From Bacteriovoracia bacterium (GTDB lineage: Bacteria > Bdellovibrionota > Bacteriovoracia > Bacteriovoracales > Bacteriovoracaceae): a DNA stretch of 64,000 bases. This document shows, one piece after another, positions 44,761 through 53,658 of this stretch; position 1 is the first letter of the stretch, and every line of letters starts with the position of its first letter. The stretch covers positions 18,217 through 82,216 of the forward strand of contig JAUIBX010000001.1 in NCBI GenBank assembly GCA_030427595.1. The letters are read 5' to 3'. Under the pieces are notes generated by a model, which was not told the DNA's origin, made no database searches, and saw nothing but the letters and a program-made list of their open reading frames with translations. A program made the position numbers and the translations under genes.

Positions 44761-45603
44761 TTACCTTATGGTGTTTACAGTCTGAAGGATCTCATCTGCG
44801 ACCTTCATAACTTTTGAGTTCATTTCGTATGCCCTCTGGGCCTTTATAAGGTTTGTCATTTCATTCATAATCGACACATTTGATGCCTCTAGAGCTCCCT
44901 GTCTAATGGAGCCTGAGTTAGATTCACCAGCGATATTTTGTAGAGCGGGTCCACTGGATTGGGTTGGTCTATAGTTGTTACCGCCTAGTGCATGAAGACC
45001 CGTTGGGTTAGTGAAGGTAAAAACTGGAATCTGACCGACATTAACCGGCTCCACTTGATTCTTAATAAAAGCTTCAACAATTCCTGTTTCAGTAATGTTG
45101 ACACTCACTGTTCCTGCTGGAAATTGAAGATTTGGTAAAAGGGGGTAGCCTTGCTTATTTACCATTAGACCCTGAGAGTTAACATTAAAGCTACCGTCAC
45201 GTGTGTAGCTGATGGTTGTATCGGGTAATTGAATGCCAAAAAAACCTTCTCCATTGATCATGAGGTCAAAGGGGTTATTTGTAATCTGAGGTGCACCTTG
45301 GCTAAATTCTCTAGAGATTCCTGAAACACGAGTACCACTTCCAACCTGATGACCTACATTGTGAACACTATTGTTACTCGTGCGGCTACCGGCCTCTTTA
45401 ATGGTTTGGTAGTGAAGGCTTTCAAACTCAGTTCGCTCTTTCTTGTAACCAGTAGTGTTTACGTTGGCGATGTTGTTAGAGATGGTGTTTACATGGGCTT
45501 CCTGCGCTGCCATCCCTGTCGCTGCCGTATTGAGTGCACGTGAAAGGGCATAAGAAGAGAAGCTTAAAAATATGCATGAAAGTGTTAAGAGAAGACACTT
45601 CAT
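44761..45603 (-). CDS. flgG: Flagellar distal rod protein FlgG (with an unusual hydrophobic N-terminal extension)
   Basis: RALNTAATGMAAQEAHVNTISNNIANVNTTGYKKER together with the conserved C-terminal KAQRAYEMNSKV. The ATG abuts the flgF stop (TAAATG). Confidence 0.92.
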   Translation of the reverse strand: MKCLLLTLSCIFLSFSSYALSRALNTAATGMAAQEAHVNTISNNIANVNTTGYKKERTEFESLHYQTIKEAGSRTSNNSVHNVGHQVGSGTRVSGISREFSQGAPQITNNPFDLMINGEGFFGIQLPDTTISYTRDGSFNVNSQGLMVNKQGYPLLPNLQFPAGTVSVNITETGIVEAFIKNQVEPVNVGQIPVFTFTNPTGLHALGGNNYRPTQSSGPALQNIAGESNSGSIRQGALEASNVSIMNEMTNLIKAQRAYEMNSKVMKVADEILQTVNTIR

Positions 45604-46446
45604 TTAAAACCTCGCTATGTCGTTATAGGCTTTGTTGGCCATGTTGTCGTAGGACTTGATTGCTCGTTGAATAGTTTCTAATTGGCGATGAGCTTTAATT
45701 AGGTTGCTCATTTCTTCTACCGTATTCACATTGGACATTTCCAATGCCCCTTGATGAACGATGGTTTTCCTTTCTGATTTTTTAATATTGCGGCTGTCTT
45801 TGTTGATGAAGAGGGAGTTGCCCTCTTTGTCGAGAGCACTTGGGTCTTTAAACTCGACGATATTTAATTGGGCAACTGGGGCGCCATTTTGAAAAATTTG
45901 GCCTTCGTTATTAATTGTGATTCTACCGTTGCCAACTTTGATCACTCGATCTTCTGGAGGTGGGATTTGTTTGATAACATCAATGACTTCGGCACCATTT
46001 CCAACTTCAGGAAGGTCAACTCGTGACAGAATTCTCATACCGATATCGTTAACGAGTTCACCATCTAGGTTTACAGATAAGTTTCCTTTGCGAGTGTAGC
46101 GAATACCATTTGGTCCTAAGACTTCTAAAAAGCCTTGGCCCTGGAGTGCCAAGTCTAATGGGTTTTGGGTTGGTCGAATGGGGCCTTGGGCAAAATTTGT
46201 GTAAGTGCCATCAACTTTGACGTGTGCTTTTTCAGCGCCATAACTTCTGTAAAAGTCCTCAGGAGCCCATACTTTATTTGGTAAGTCTACATCAATGCCT
46301 TTTTCATAAGCAGTAAGGTGCTCTTTAAAGACAGCGCGGTCTTTCTTAAAGGCCGTGGTGTTGGCATTAGCGACATTGTTGGCAATGGTCTCAACCTTCC
46401 TTTGCTGAGCCAGAGCCCCTGAGAGAGGAACCCATAATTCTTTCAA
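45604..46446 (-). CDS. flgF: Flagellar proximal rod protein FlgF
   Basis: SGALAQQRKVETIANNVANANTTAFKKDR. The track start is a GTG at 46452, directly abutting GGAGG. The TTG at 46446 has proper SD spacing. Confidence 0.88.
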   Translation of the reverse strand: MKELWVPLSGALAQQRKVETIANNVANANTTAFKKDRAVFKEHLTAYEKGIDVDLPNKVWAPEDFYRSYGAEKAHVKVDGTYTNFAQGPIRPTQNPLDLALQGQGFLEVLGPNGIRYTRKGNLSVNLDGELVNDIGMRILSRVDLPEVGNGAEVIDVIKQIPPPEDRVIKVGNGRITINNEGQIFQNGAPVAQLNIVEFKDPSALDKEGNSLFINKDSRNIKKSERKTIVHQGALEMSNVNTVEEMSNLIKAHRQLETIQRAIKSYDNMANKAYNDIARF

Positions 46447-46480
46447 ACGCACCCTCCATGGTGGTCTTTACCCAATTCCA

Positions 46481-46498
46481 ATATAACAATAGGTGCCA
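46481..46498 (-). promoter_or_regulatory. Candidate sigma-54-type promoter for flgF operon (good -24, poor -12)
   Basis: The minus strand reads TTGGCACCTATTGTTATAT. The TGGCAC -24 box is exact, but no GC dinucleotide lies at the canonical GG-N10-GC spacing. It lies about 45 nt upstream of the flgF start. Confidence 0.3.
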
Positions 46499-46632
46499 AA
46501 TCCTTCACACGGGCAAATTTATCCCCCCGCGTAACTAATCGAATTTGTGTACATATTTCACGATCTAAGGCAAAATTTTCATTCGGAACCCCAATGGACC
46601 GTCATTCTTGTGACGGCGCGTCAAGGTGCTTT

Positions 46633-46854
46633 ATGGCCGGTAAGAAAAAAGATACCTTCGAAAGCTCTCTCAATAATTTGGAAAAGATTGTTGAAGAGCT
46701 TGAGTCCAAAGATCTCCCATTAGAAAAGAGCCTCGAGATGTTCGAGGAGGGGGTCGGTCTTTATAAAGAGTGTAAAAAGCACTTAGATAAGGTTGAAAAG
46801 AAGGTTGTAAAGTTATCAGAAAGCCTAGAGGAAGAGCTTCTTGAAGAGGATTAA
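46633..46854 (+). CDS. xseB: Exodeoxyribonuclease VII small subunit
   Basis: FESSLNNLEKIVEELESKDLPLEKSLEMFEEGVGLYKECKKHL. The ATG at 46633 (MAGKKKDTF) has AAGGTG upstream and gives the typical length of about 73 aa. The track start is 46594. Confidence 0.85.
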   Translation: MAGKKKDTFESSLNNLEKIVEELESKDLPLEKSLEMFEEGVGLYKECKKHLDKVEKKVVKLSESLEEELLEED

Positions 46855-47830
46855 CCTCCTTTTACTTTCATTTACCCTTCTTGCTTTTCTTGTCTCTTGT
46901 GGTTCTCAAAGACCTCATCCCTCCCCAGTAAATGACTCCCTAACTGTTGATTGGACTAAGGTCGATCAAAAGCCTGTTCCTGAGATAAAGGATGAGCCAG
47001 TTTCTCAAATTGGCCCAGTACCCCTTGAGAATGAAGGAAGCTTTTCCAATAAAAAATCCTCTACCGAGGGTACTTATAAGGACGTTCCAAGAGCGCTGGT
47101 TCTGGGGCCAGGGTTATATAGGGTTCTAGGGCAAATCGCTCTTCTTAAAGAGATGAAGATTAAAGGCTTCAAGCCGCAGGTAATCCTTGGTCACGGCCTA
47201 GCGAGTATCGTGGCCGCCTACTATGCCTTTGGCTATGCGCCAGACTACATAGAGTGGAAGTTCTTTAAATTTATAAATTCCCTTGATGAAGAAAAGGCTT
47301 TTTCTAAGGGGTGGCTAAGGCTTGTAGAGAAGAATCTCTTAGATGAATTAAAGGAAAAGCGAATTGAGGAGGGGAGGCTCACTCTCATTATTCCTATTCG
47401 TGATCGTAAATCAGGTCGAATAATCTATTTAAGAAGGGGAGCACTCAAATCTGCTCTTATGGCGAACCTTGACCATAAAGGTTTGATATCGAAAAAGTAT
47501 GAGCCCGCCTTTACGATAGCGCTCTTTAGTAGATCAAATTTGAAGAAGATTGGTGTTCAAGAGGTATTCCTCGTCGACATGGTCACAGATGGCATTACTT
47601 GGGGAAAAGGATCGGGCTTTTTAAACGGTATTTTTGAAAAGGCGGCGACTGTAACCTTAAAGAGCACATCAAAAGCGGATATAATGATGACGTACCAGTT
47701 TTCAGCATTTGGCTTAGATGAAAAAAAGAAAATTGCCGATTTAGTTTATAGCTCTAAAAAGCAGGCCATTGATCATTACAAAAAAATTAATGAGAAACTA
47801 AATCCAGCGAAGAGTGAAACTAAAGACTAA
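46841..47830 (+). CDS. Lipoprotein with a degenerate patatin-like fold
   Basis: Lipobox FLVSCGS. LVLGPGLYRVLGQIALLKEM and ILGHGLASIVAAYYA sit where patatins have GGGxxG and GxSxG, but neither motif is intact. TTG start. Confidence 0.5.
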   Translation: MKRINLLLLSFTLLAFLVSCGSQRPHPSPVNDSLTVDWTKVDQKPVPEIKDEPVSQIGPVPLENEGSFSNKKSSTEGTYKDVPRALVLGPGLYRVLGQIALLKEMKIKGFKPQVILGHGLASIVAAYYAFGYAPDYIEWKFFKFINSLDEEKAFSKGWLRLVEKNLLDELKEKRIEEGRLTLIIPIRDRKSGRIIYLRRGALKSALMANLDHKGLISKKYEPAFTIALFSRSNLKKIGVQEVFLVDMVTDGITWGKGSGFLNGIFEKAATVTLKSTSKADIMMTYQFSAFGLDEKKKIADLVYSSKKQAIDHYKKINEKLNPAKSETKD

Positions 47831-47842
47831 TAAAGAATAATT

Positions 47843-50593
47843 ATGAAAAAATATATCGTTAGAACTTTAATTGGCCTTGTCAGTCTCGCTGTTCTCGGTG
47901 GAGTCACAGCGACATCTATTCTCATTTATTTCTCATTCGATCTTCCTAAGATCAGCTCACTCAATGACTATCACCCAGCGATTCCTTCAAAGATCTTAGC
48001 TAAGGACGGTACTGTACTCGCTGACCTCGGTGTTGAGAATAGGGAAGTGGCTAAATTTGAAGAAATACCAAGAAGAATTGTGGATGCCTTTTTATCAGCT
48101 GAAGATGATTCCTTTTATGAACATACAGGCGTTGATTATATGGGGGTTTTTAGAGCTGCCATAGCTAACCTTAAGGCAGGGCGTGTTGTTCAAGGGGGAA
48201 GTACAATAACTCAGCAGGTAGCGAAGTCGCTACTATTGAGTAGAGAGCGTTCAATATCTCGTAAGATTAAAGACTTTCTTCTTGCACAGAGAATTGAAGA
48301 AAAGTTTTCTAAAGAGGAAATACTCTATCTCTACCTTAATCAGGTTTATCTTGGTGGTGGTTACTATGGAGTAAAGTCTGCTTTTGAGGGCTACTTTGGA
48401 AAGTCTCTATCTGAAGCCACAGTCGCCGAAGCGGCTCAGGTCGCGGGACTACTCGTAGCACCAGGTAAGTATTCTCCCTATGTAAACCCTAAAAGGGCCG
48501 TAGTACGGCAACAATACGTCCTTAGAAGAATGTACGACACAGGAAAAATTACAAAAGAGGAGTATGAAGAGGCAATCGCCGAAAAGATTAAATTCAGAAT
48601 TAGAAAGTCTGAAGGCTTTAAGGCCGGTCACTTTACAGATTGGGTACGTCAAAGGGTCGTCTCCCTCGTCGGGAAAGAGGACTTTCTCCGAAATGGTTAT
48701 ATTGTTCAGACCACTATTGATTATGATCTCCAAAAGAAAGCTGAAGAAGAAGTTTTAAAAACGGTTAAAGAAGTTGATAAGAGGCAGGGGTTCAAAGGAC
48801 CGTTAAAGAATATCCCTATGGAGGAGCTCGACAAGTATAGAGTCGATTTCCTTGAAGAGTTTTATAAAGATCAATCCACTTACTTTACTCTCAATAATAA
48901 AAATGAAAAAGAGTATGAACTTAGCTTAAGGCCTGAGGAGATTGGAGACTTTAAAAACTATCAAGAGGAATTTAGGGAAAAGGTTAAAAGAAAGCGCTTT
49001 CGTCCAGGTACATCTCCAAACTCTATCTTCAAAAAATATGTTCGTAGAGGGGAAAACTACAAAGGCATTGTTACCTATGTGGATGATTGGGCGAGGATTG
49101 TGTACGTCGACATTGGCGGGGTCGCAGGTCTTATCCCGTATGAAGGTTTTCGTTGGGGCCATGAGCGTAAAATTTCTGAAGAGCGAAACTTCTATCCCTA
49201 TGTAACGAAACCAAGCACTATCTTAAAGCCGGGTGATGAAATTCTTGTTTATGTATTAGATGAAGAAACGACTTTGACAGAAAATGCTTTCAAAGGTTTT
49301 CGTGATTATGTCGAAAAACAGAATAAGAAAGTCAAAGAGGTCGTTAAGAAGCAAAAGTTCGTAAAACTTATGCTTGATCAGGAGCCGGAAGCTGAAGGGG
49401 CACTGGTGGCCATGAATCCAGACAATGGTCAGCTTATTTCGCTAGTTGGTGGTGCAAACTTTAAGAAGAGCCAATTTAACCGTGCTATCCAGTCCAAGCG
49501 TCAACCAGGCTCCTCATTTAAGCCAATTCTCTTTGCTGCAGCTCTAGAAAATGGATATACACCAGCATCTATCATCATTGATTCTCCAGAAACCCTAGGG
49601 GGAGTGGACGAATCACTCAATTGGAAACCTAGAAACTATGATGGAAAGTTCAAAGGACCAACGACCCTTCGTAATAGTCTTGAGCAATCAAGAAATGTTC
49701 CCACCGTTAAAATTGCTAGCGACTTGGGCGTACAAAAGATTCTTGATTTTGTAGAGCGCATTGGTCTTAACGCGACCCTAGATCAAGACTTATCTCTTTC
49801 ATTGGGCTCCTTTGGTGTAACGCTTATGGATCTCGTGAGCACCTATGCAATTTTTCCAAATGGAGGCCGAAAAATAACGCCTAAATCGATCCTCTCTATT
49901 ACGGACCGCTTTGGAAATGCTCTTCCTTTTGATGAAGCCTACGAAGACCTCAAGCCGGTAGCAAAACCTGAGACTGTTCTTACGGAATCGACTCCAGTTC
50001 CAGAGCTCCCTGAGCTCACAGGAGAAGAAGGTGGGGAGGAGCAATTAAAAGATGAAAAACAAAACCCCTTTCTCTTAACTCTGGGTGGAGATCAGGTTTA
50101 TGATGAACGCTTGGCCTACCTCATGACTCATCTATTAAGAGGTGTGGTGCTGCACGGAACAGGTAGGAGAGCGAAGTCAGTCTCTACTTTTCTAGGTGGC
50201 AAAACTGGAACGACTAATAATTACGTAGATGCGTGGTTTCTTGGCTTTAGTCAAAATATTGTGACAGGAGTCTGGACTGGCTTTGATGAAAACCAAACAT
50301 TGGGCTGGGGTGAAACCGGTGCTAAGGCCGCTCTCCCTGTGTGGAAGGAATTTATGGCCGCCGGTCTTAAAAAGTATGGTGAGTTTGATTTTAGACCACC
50401 CCAGGGCATCGTTAATGTCCTGATAGACAAGGAAACTGGTAAGCCTGTAAAGGCGGGCTCAGAAAGGGGCTTTCTCGAGTCATTTGTAGAGGGAACAGAG
50501 CCGGGAGCCGAGGTAGAAGTTGACGAGGAGAGTCAGGAAAACCTCTCAAATGGCCCGATTTTGGAAGAGGATGATTACTATAGCAACCAATAG
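47843..50593 (+). CDS. mrcA: Penicillin-binding protein 1A (bifunctional glycosyltransferase/transpeptidase)
   Basis: GT51 motifs EDDSFYEHTGVD and GGSTITQQVAK. Transpeptidase motifs SSFKP, SRN and KTGTTN. Confidence 0.93.
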   Translation: MKKYIVRTLIGLVSLAVLGGVTATSILIYFSFDLPKISSLNDYHPAIPSKILAKDGTVLADLGVENREVAKFEEIPRRIVDAFLSAEDDSFYEHTGVDYMGVFRAAIANLKAGRVVQGGSTITQQVAKSLLLSRERSISRKIKDFLLAQRIEEKFSKEEILYLYLNQVYLGGGYYGVKSAFEGYFGKSLSEATVAEAAQVAGLLVAPGKYSPYVNPKRAVVRQQYVLRRMYDTGKITKEEYEEAIAEKIKFRIRKSEGFKAGHFTDWVRQRVVSLVGKEDFLRNGYIVQTTIDYDLQKKAEEEVLKTVKEVDKRQGFKGPLKNIPMEELDKYRVDFLEEFYKDQSTYFTLNNKNEKEYELSLRPEEIGDFKNYQEEFREKVKRKRFRPGTSPNSIFKKYVRRGENYKGIVTYVDDWARIVYVDIGGVAGLIPYEGFRWGHERKISEERNFYPYVTKPSTILKPGDEILVYVLDEETTLTENAFKGFRDYVEKQNKKVKEVVKKQKFVKLMLDQEPEAEGALVAMNPDNGQLISLVGGANFKKSQFNRAIQSKRQPGSSFKPILFAAALENGYTPASIIIDSPETLGGVDESLNWKPRNYDGKFKGPTTLRNSLEQSRNVPTVKIASDLGVQKILDFVERIGLNATLDQDLSLSLGSFGVTLMDLVSTYAIFPNGGRKITPKSILSITDRFGNALPFDEAYEDLKPVAKPETVLTESTPVPELPELTGEEGGEEQLKDEKQNPFLLTLGGDQVYDERLAYLMTHLLRGVVLHGTGRRAKSVSTFLGGKTGTTNNYVDAWFLGFSQNIVTGVWTGFDENQTLGWGETGAKAALPVWKEFMAAGLKKYGEFDFRPPQGIVNVLIDKETGKPVKAGSERGFLESFVEGTEPGAEVEVDEESQENLSNGPILEEDDYYSNQ

Positions 50594-50624
50594 TTTCCGG
50601 TTCTCATTTTCCAGTAGAATTTAT

Positions 50625-50650
50625 TAAAGATGGTCTGAATTAGCCGATAA
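50625..50650 (+). promoter_or_regulatory. Candidate sigma-28 (FliA) promoter
   Basis: The sequence is TAAA (50625-50628), 14 nt of spacer, then GCCGATAA (50643-50650). The -10 box is an exact 8 of 8 match to the E. coli-type consensus TAAA-N15-GCCGATAA. It lies about 30 nt upstream of the TTG start at 50682. Confidence 0.4.
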
Positions 50651-50681
50651 GGGGTTAGTAACTCTTTACCCGGCGGCTAGT

Positions 50682-51632
50682 TTGGATAGTAACTCAGACA
50701 AAGCAAAAAGATTTATTCTATGGAGCTTAATTGTCTCTCTTTTTGTTCACATAAGTGTTCTGGGCTTTCTCAAACTCAATGACCTTCATGATTTCAAGTC
50801 CGTTCAGAATAAGAAGAAAGAAAAGCGCTTAAGGGTCGTTCTTCAACAAAGAAAATCTAAGCCTAAGCAAATTGTTACCTCTGAGAAGAGTAAGAAAAAG
50901 GAAAGAGACCCCAAGGCAAAATTTCTTAGTAAAGATACCCAAAAGTTTGATCGCCAAACAACTTCCCGTAATACCGGTGCCTTTAAAGCAGCAGGTAGGG
51001 GTCAGAAGAACGGCAAAAAGCCACAGAAGCCACAAAAAGCAGTTAAAAAGATAACTGCCGTTTCAAAGACACCGTCTAAAAGTGTTCAGCAAAAGAAAGG
51101 CCGCAAGTCGAAAAAGAAGATTTCATTTGCCGACCTTGCTGTTGGTCGCCAAGTCCCTCAGGCTAAGCCTAAGAAAAAGAGAGCCGCGGCAAGTATGGCA
51201 GCATTGGGTCTTAAAAATGGTCAAAAAGATAAAACCGGGCTGTCAGCTAACAATGACTTCGTTGAAGATGTCCCTTTGGGTGACATGACGAAACTCAACA
51301 CGGTTGAATATAAGTACTATGGTTTTTATCACCGCATTAAGCAAAAACTTGAACAGTATTGGGGTAACTCTATTCAGCAGAAGGCCCAAAGACTATGGAA
51401 AACCGGTCGTAGAATCGCCTCTAACGAGAATATGATTACCTCGCTACAAATTACCCTTGATGATAAAGGCAATATTGTCAGAATCAACGTAAAGGGTTCT
51501 AGTGGTGTTCAAGAATTAGATGAAGCTGCCATTGAAAGTTTCAATAAGGCAGGACCATTTCCCAATCCACCCAGCGGTATGATGAAAAACGGTCTTGCCG
51601 TTATTGAATGGGGTTTTGTTGTTAAGTCCTAA
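50682..51632 (+). CDS. TonB-family protein (C-terminal TonB domain, Lys-rich linker)
   Basis: N-terminal TM anchor, a long Lys/Pro/Gln-rich spacer, then the C-terminal segment ITLDDKGNIVRINVKGSSGVQELDEAAIESFNKAGPFPNPP. Confidence 0.75.
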   Translation: MDSNSDKAKRFILWSLIVSLFVHISVLGFLKLNDLHDFKSVQNKKKEKRLRVVLQQRKSKPKQIVTSEKSKKKERDPKAKFLSKDTQKFDRQTTSRNTGAFKAAGRGQKNGKKPQKPQKAVKKITAVSKTPSKSVQQKKGRKSKKKISFADLAVGRQVPQAKPKKKRAAASMAALGLKNGQKDKTGLSANNDFVEDVPLGDMTKLNTVEYKYYGFYHRIKQKLEQYWGNSIQQKAQRLWKTGRRIASNENMITSLQITLDDKGNIVRINVKGSSGVQELDEAAIESFNKAGPFPNPPSGMMKNGLAVIEWGFVVKS

Positions 51633-51634
51633 GA

Positions 51635-51931
51635 CTAGTGTTGTGGGGGAGTCTTCAACAGATCTTTAAGCTTAGATAATCCTTCCATCATGACATAGTC
51701 ATTCCAGATAGAATCTAGCTCACGAACTGTTTCGACAATTTGCATTGCTGCTTGGTCTCTTGAAATACTTTGTGATTCAGAAAGATTTTCGATTGCAATT
51801 GAAAGGGCTGAAACAGCAGGCTTGCTACATGTTTCTGATAGTCTGTCTTCATATGAACTATCGATTCTCTTTTCTTTTGTTTTAACAATCGCGGTATTGA
51901 GTAATTGAATGAGTTCTTGATTTTCGACCAT
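51635..51931 (-). CDS. Hypothetical small helical protein
   Basis: 98-codon ORF with a long AT-rich upstream region. I recognise no family. Confidence 0.45.
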   Translation of the reverse strand: MVENQELIQLLNTAIVKTKEKRIDSSYEDRLSETCSKPAVSALSIAIENLSESQSISRDQAAMQIVETVRELDSIWNDYVMMEGLSKLKDLLKTPPQH

Positions 51932-52162
51932 TGAAAAAACAACCTTACGAAATTTTTCTGTTTGAAGTAGGAGCGAGTATCAGGGCTTTTATTTATTTCG
52001 GCAAGTGATTTTTTTTTAAATACATGTGAAAAATTTGGAAATTAAAACGTCAATATTTTTGTTTATTTTATAGGTGCAAAATTTAGATCATTAAAGTGTT
52101 TTGGATAGAAATTTTATTAAAAGAGTATATTGACAAGTTACTTTGGCTAAAAAAATATTGAC

Positions 52163-52190
52163 AAAAAAAAGCCTCCCGCGAGGGAGGCCC
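52163..52190 (-). terminator. Rho-independent terminator of folD-gcvT-gcvH
   Basis: Stem GCCTCCC (52171-52177) pairs with GGGAGGC (52182-52188) around loop GCGA. The minus strand has a T8 run after the stem. It lies 6 nt past the gcvH stop. Confidence 0.85.
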
Positions 52191-52195
52191 TAACC

Positions 52196-52579
52196 TTATT
52201 CTTCACAAACCTTTTCGTAACCTTCAGGGCTTAAAAGCTGCTCTAGATCAGCAGTTTGAGTGCACTTAATTTTAATAAGCCATGATTCATAAGGTGTCTC
52301 GTTACATTTTTCAGGCTCACCTTCAAGATCTTTATTAGTATCAATAACTTCTCCTGTAATTGGAGAATATAAATCACTTACGGACTTTATAGATTCAACA
52401 ACACCGAATGTTCCACCGGCCTCTAGCTCAGATCCAACTTCAGGGAGTTCTACGAAAACAATGTCCCCTAGTTGTGATTGTGCAAAGTCAGTAATACCAA
52501 CTGTTACAGTGTCACCCTCAATTAGGGCCCATTCGTGGTCTTTGGTGTATTTTAAATTTTTGGGAATTTCGTTTGCCAT
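52196..52579 (-). CDS. gcvH: Glycine cleavage system H protein
   Basis: 127 aa. Lipoyl-lysine region GVVESIKSVSDLYSPITGEV. Confidence 0.93.
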   Translation of the reverse strand: MANEIPKNLKYTKDHEWALIEGDTVTVGITDFAQSQLGDIVFVELPEVGSELEAGGTFGVVESIKSVSDLYSPITGEVIDTNKDLEGEPEKCNETPYESWLIKIKCTQTADLEQLLSPEGYEKVCEE

Positions 52580-53658
52580 TACTTATGTCCTCCTGCAACA
52601 AATGCTTTTGCATGATAATTTGCCGCAAAAGCATTGGCCCTTACTTTTATTTTAAAAACTTTATTTTCTGGAAACTTATCTTTTTCAACTAAACCAATGC
52701 CAATGCCTTTACTCAAAGCGACAGACATTGTTCCGGAGCTTATCCAACCAATTTTCTCTTCTTGCTCATTGAGAATTTCATAACCTTCTCTTGGAATTCC
52801 TTTGTCTAGAGAGAGCTTAACAAGGCGATAGCGTGGTTTATAGCCCTCCAGGAATTTTTTCCCAAGGAACTCGGGCTTGGTCATTTTTACTGTCCACTTT
52901 AGACCAGCGTCTAAAGGAGTCCAGTCATCACTTAATTCATGACCGTAGAGTGGGTAGCCAACTTCGAGCCTAAGGACATCTCTTGCGGCAAGTCCACAAG
53001 GGACAACACCGGCCTTCATAAGATCATCCCAGAGTTTTTGAATTGATTCGTGGCTTCCAAATATTTCAAAGCCGTCTTCACCGGTGTAGCCAGTTCTTGC
53101 AAGAATTAAATCCCCGTAACTACAGGAGTGTTCACAAGCGCTGTAATAAACAAATTCTTGACCAGGAAAGACCTCAAGGTTTTTGAGGATTTCTTCACTC
53201 TTGGGACCTTGAAGGGCCAGAAGGCTGAAGTCGTCTGATTGATTTGTTAATTTACAATTGAAATCACCGACATGTTTTTCAAACCAGGTGTAATCCTTGG
53301 CGATATTCGCAGCGTTTACACAAATGAGAACTTTTTTGTCTCCGAGTTTATAAGCAATAAGGTCATCTATAATAGTTCCATCTTCTCGGCAAAGTGGAGA
53401 GTAGACTGCTTTTTGAAGTTCAGCAGAAGCAAAGTCGTTGGTGAGCATGTAATCCACAAATTTTATAGCATCTTCACCTTCAACAAAGAATTCACCCATG
53501 TGGCTTACATCAAAGACACCCACACTTTCTCTTACGGCCTTTGATTCTTCTTTAACTGATGAATATTGCAACGGCATATTGAAGCCAGCAAAGGGAGCCA
53601 TCTTCGCTCCAAGGTCTTGGTGGCGCGAGGAAAGACTCGTCTCTAATAGATCACTCAT
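52579..53658 (-). CDS. gcvT: Glycine cleavage system aminomethyltransferase (T protein)
   Basis: 359 aa. Family-typical segments FAGFNMPLQY, VFDVSHMG and ARTGYTGEDGFEI. Confidence 0.93.
   Translation of the reverse strand: MSDLLETSLSSRHQDLGAKMAPFAGFNMPLQYSSVKEESKAVRESVGVFDVSHMGEFFVEGEDAIKFVDYMLTNDFASAELQKAVYSPLCREDGTIIDDLIAYKLGDKKVLICVNAANIAKDYTWFEKHVGDFNCKLTNQSDDFSLLALQGPKSEEILKNLEVFPGQEFVYYSACEHSCSYGDLILARTGYTGEDGFEIFGSHESIQKLWDDLMKAGVVPCGLAARDVLRLEVGYPLYGHELSDDWTPLDAGLKWTVKMTKPEFLGKKFLEGYKPRYRLVKLSLDKGIPREGYEILNEQEEKIGWISSGTMSVALSKGIGIGLVEKDKFPENKVFKIKVRANAFAANYHAKAFVAGGHK

Noticed and set aside
52120-52170. Two plus-strand ATATTGACAA repeats (-35-like TTGACA) 28 nt apart
   Set aside because: Nothing lies downstream on the plus strand except the gcvH terminator and antisense gcvH. 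The surroundings are very AT-rich, where such hexamers arise by chance. I did not call a promoter.
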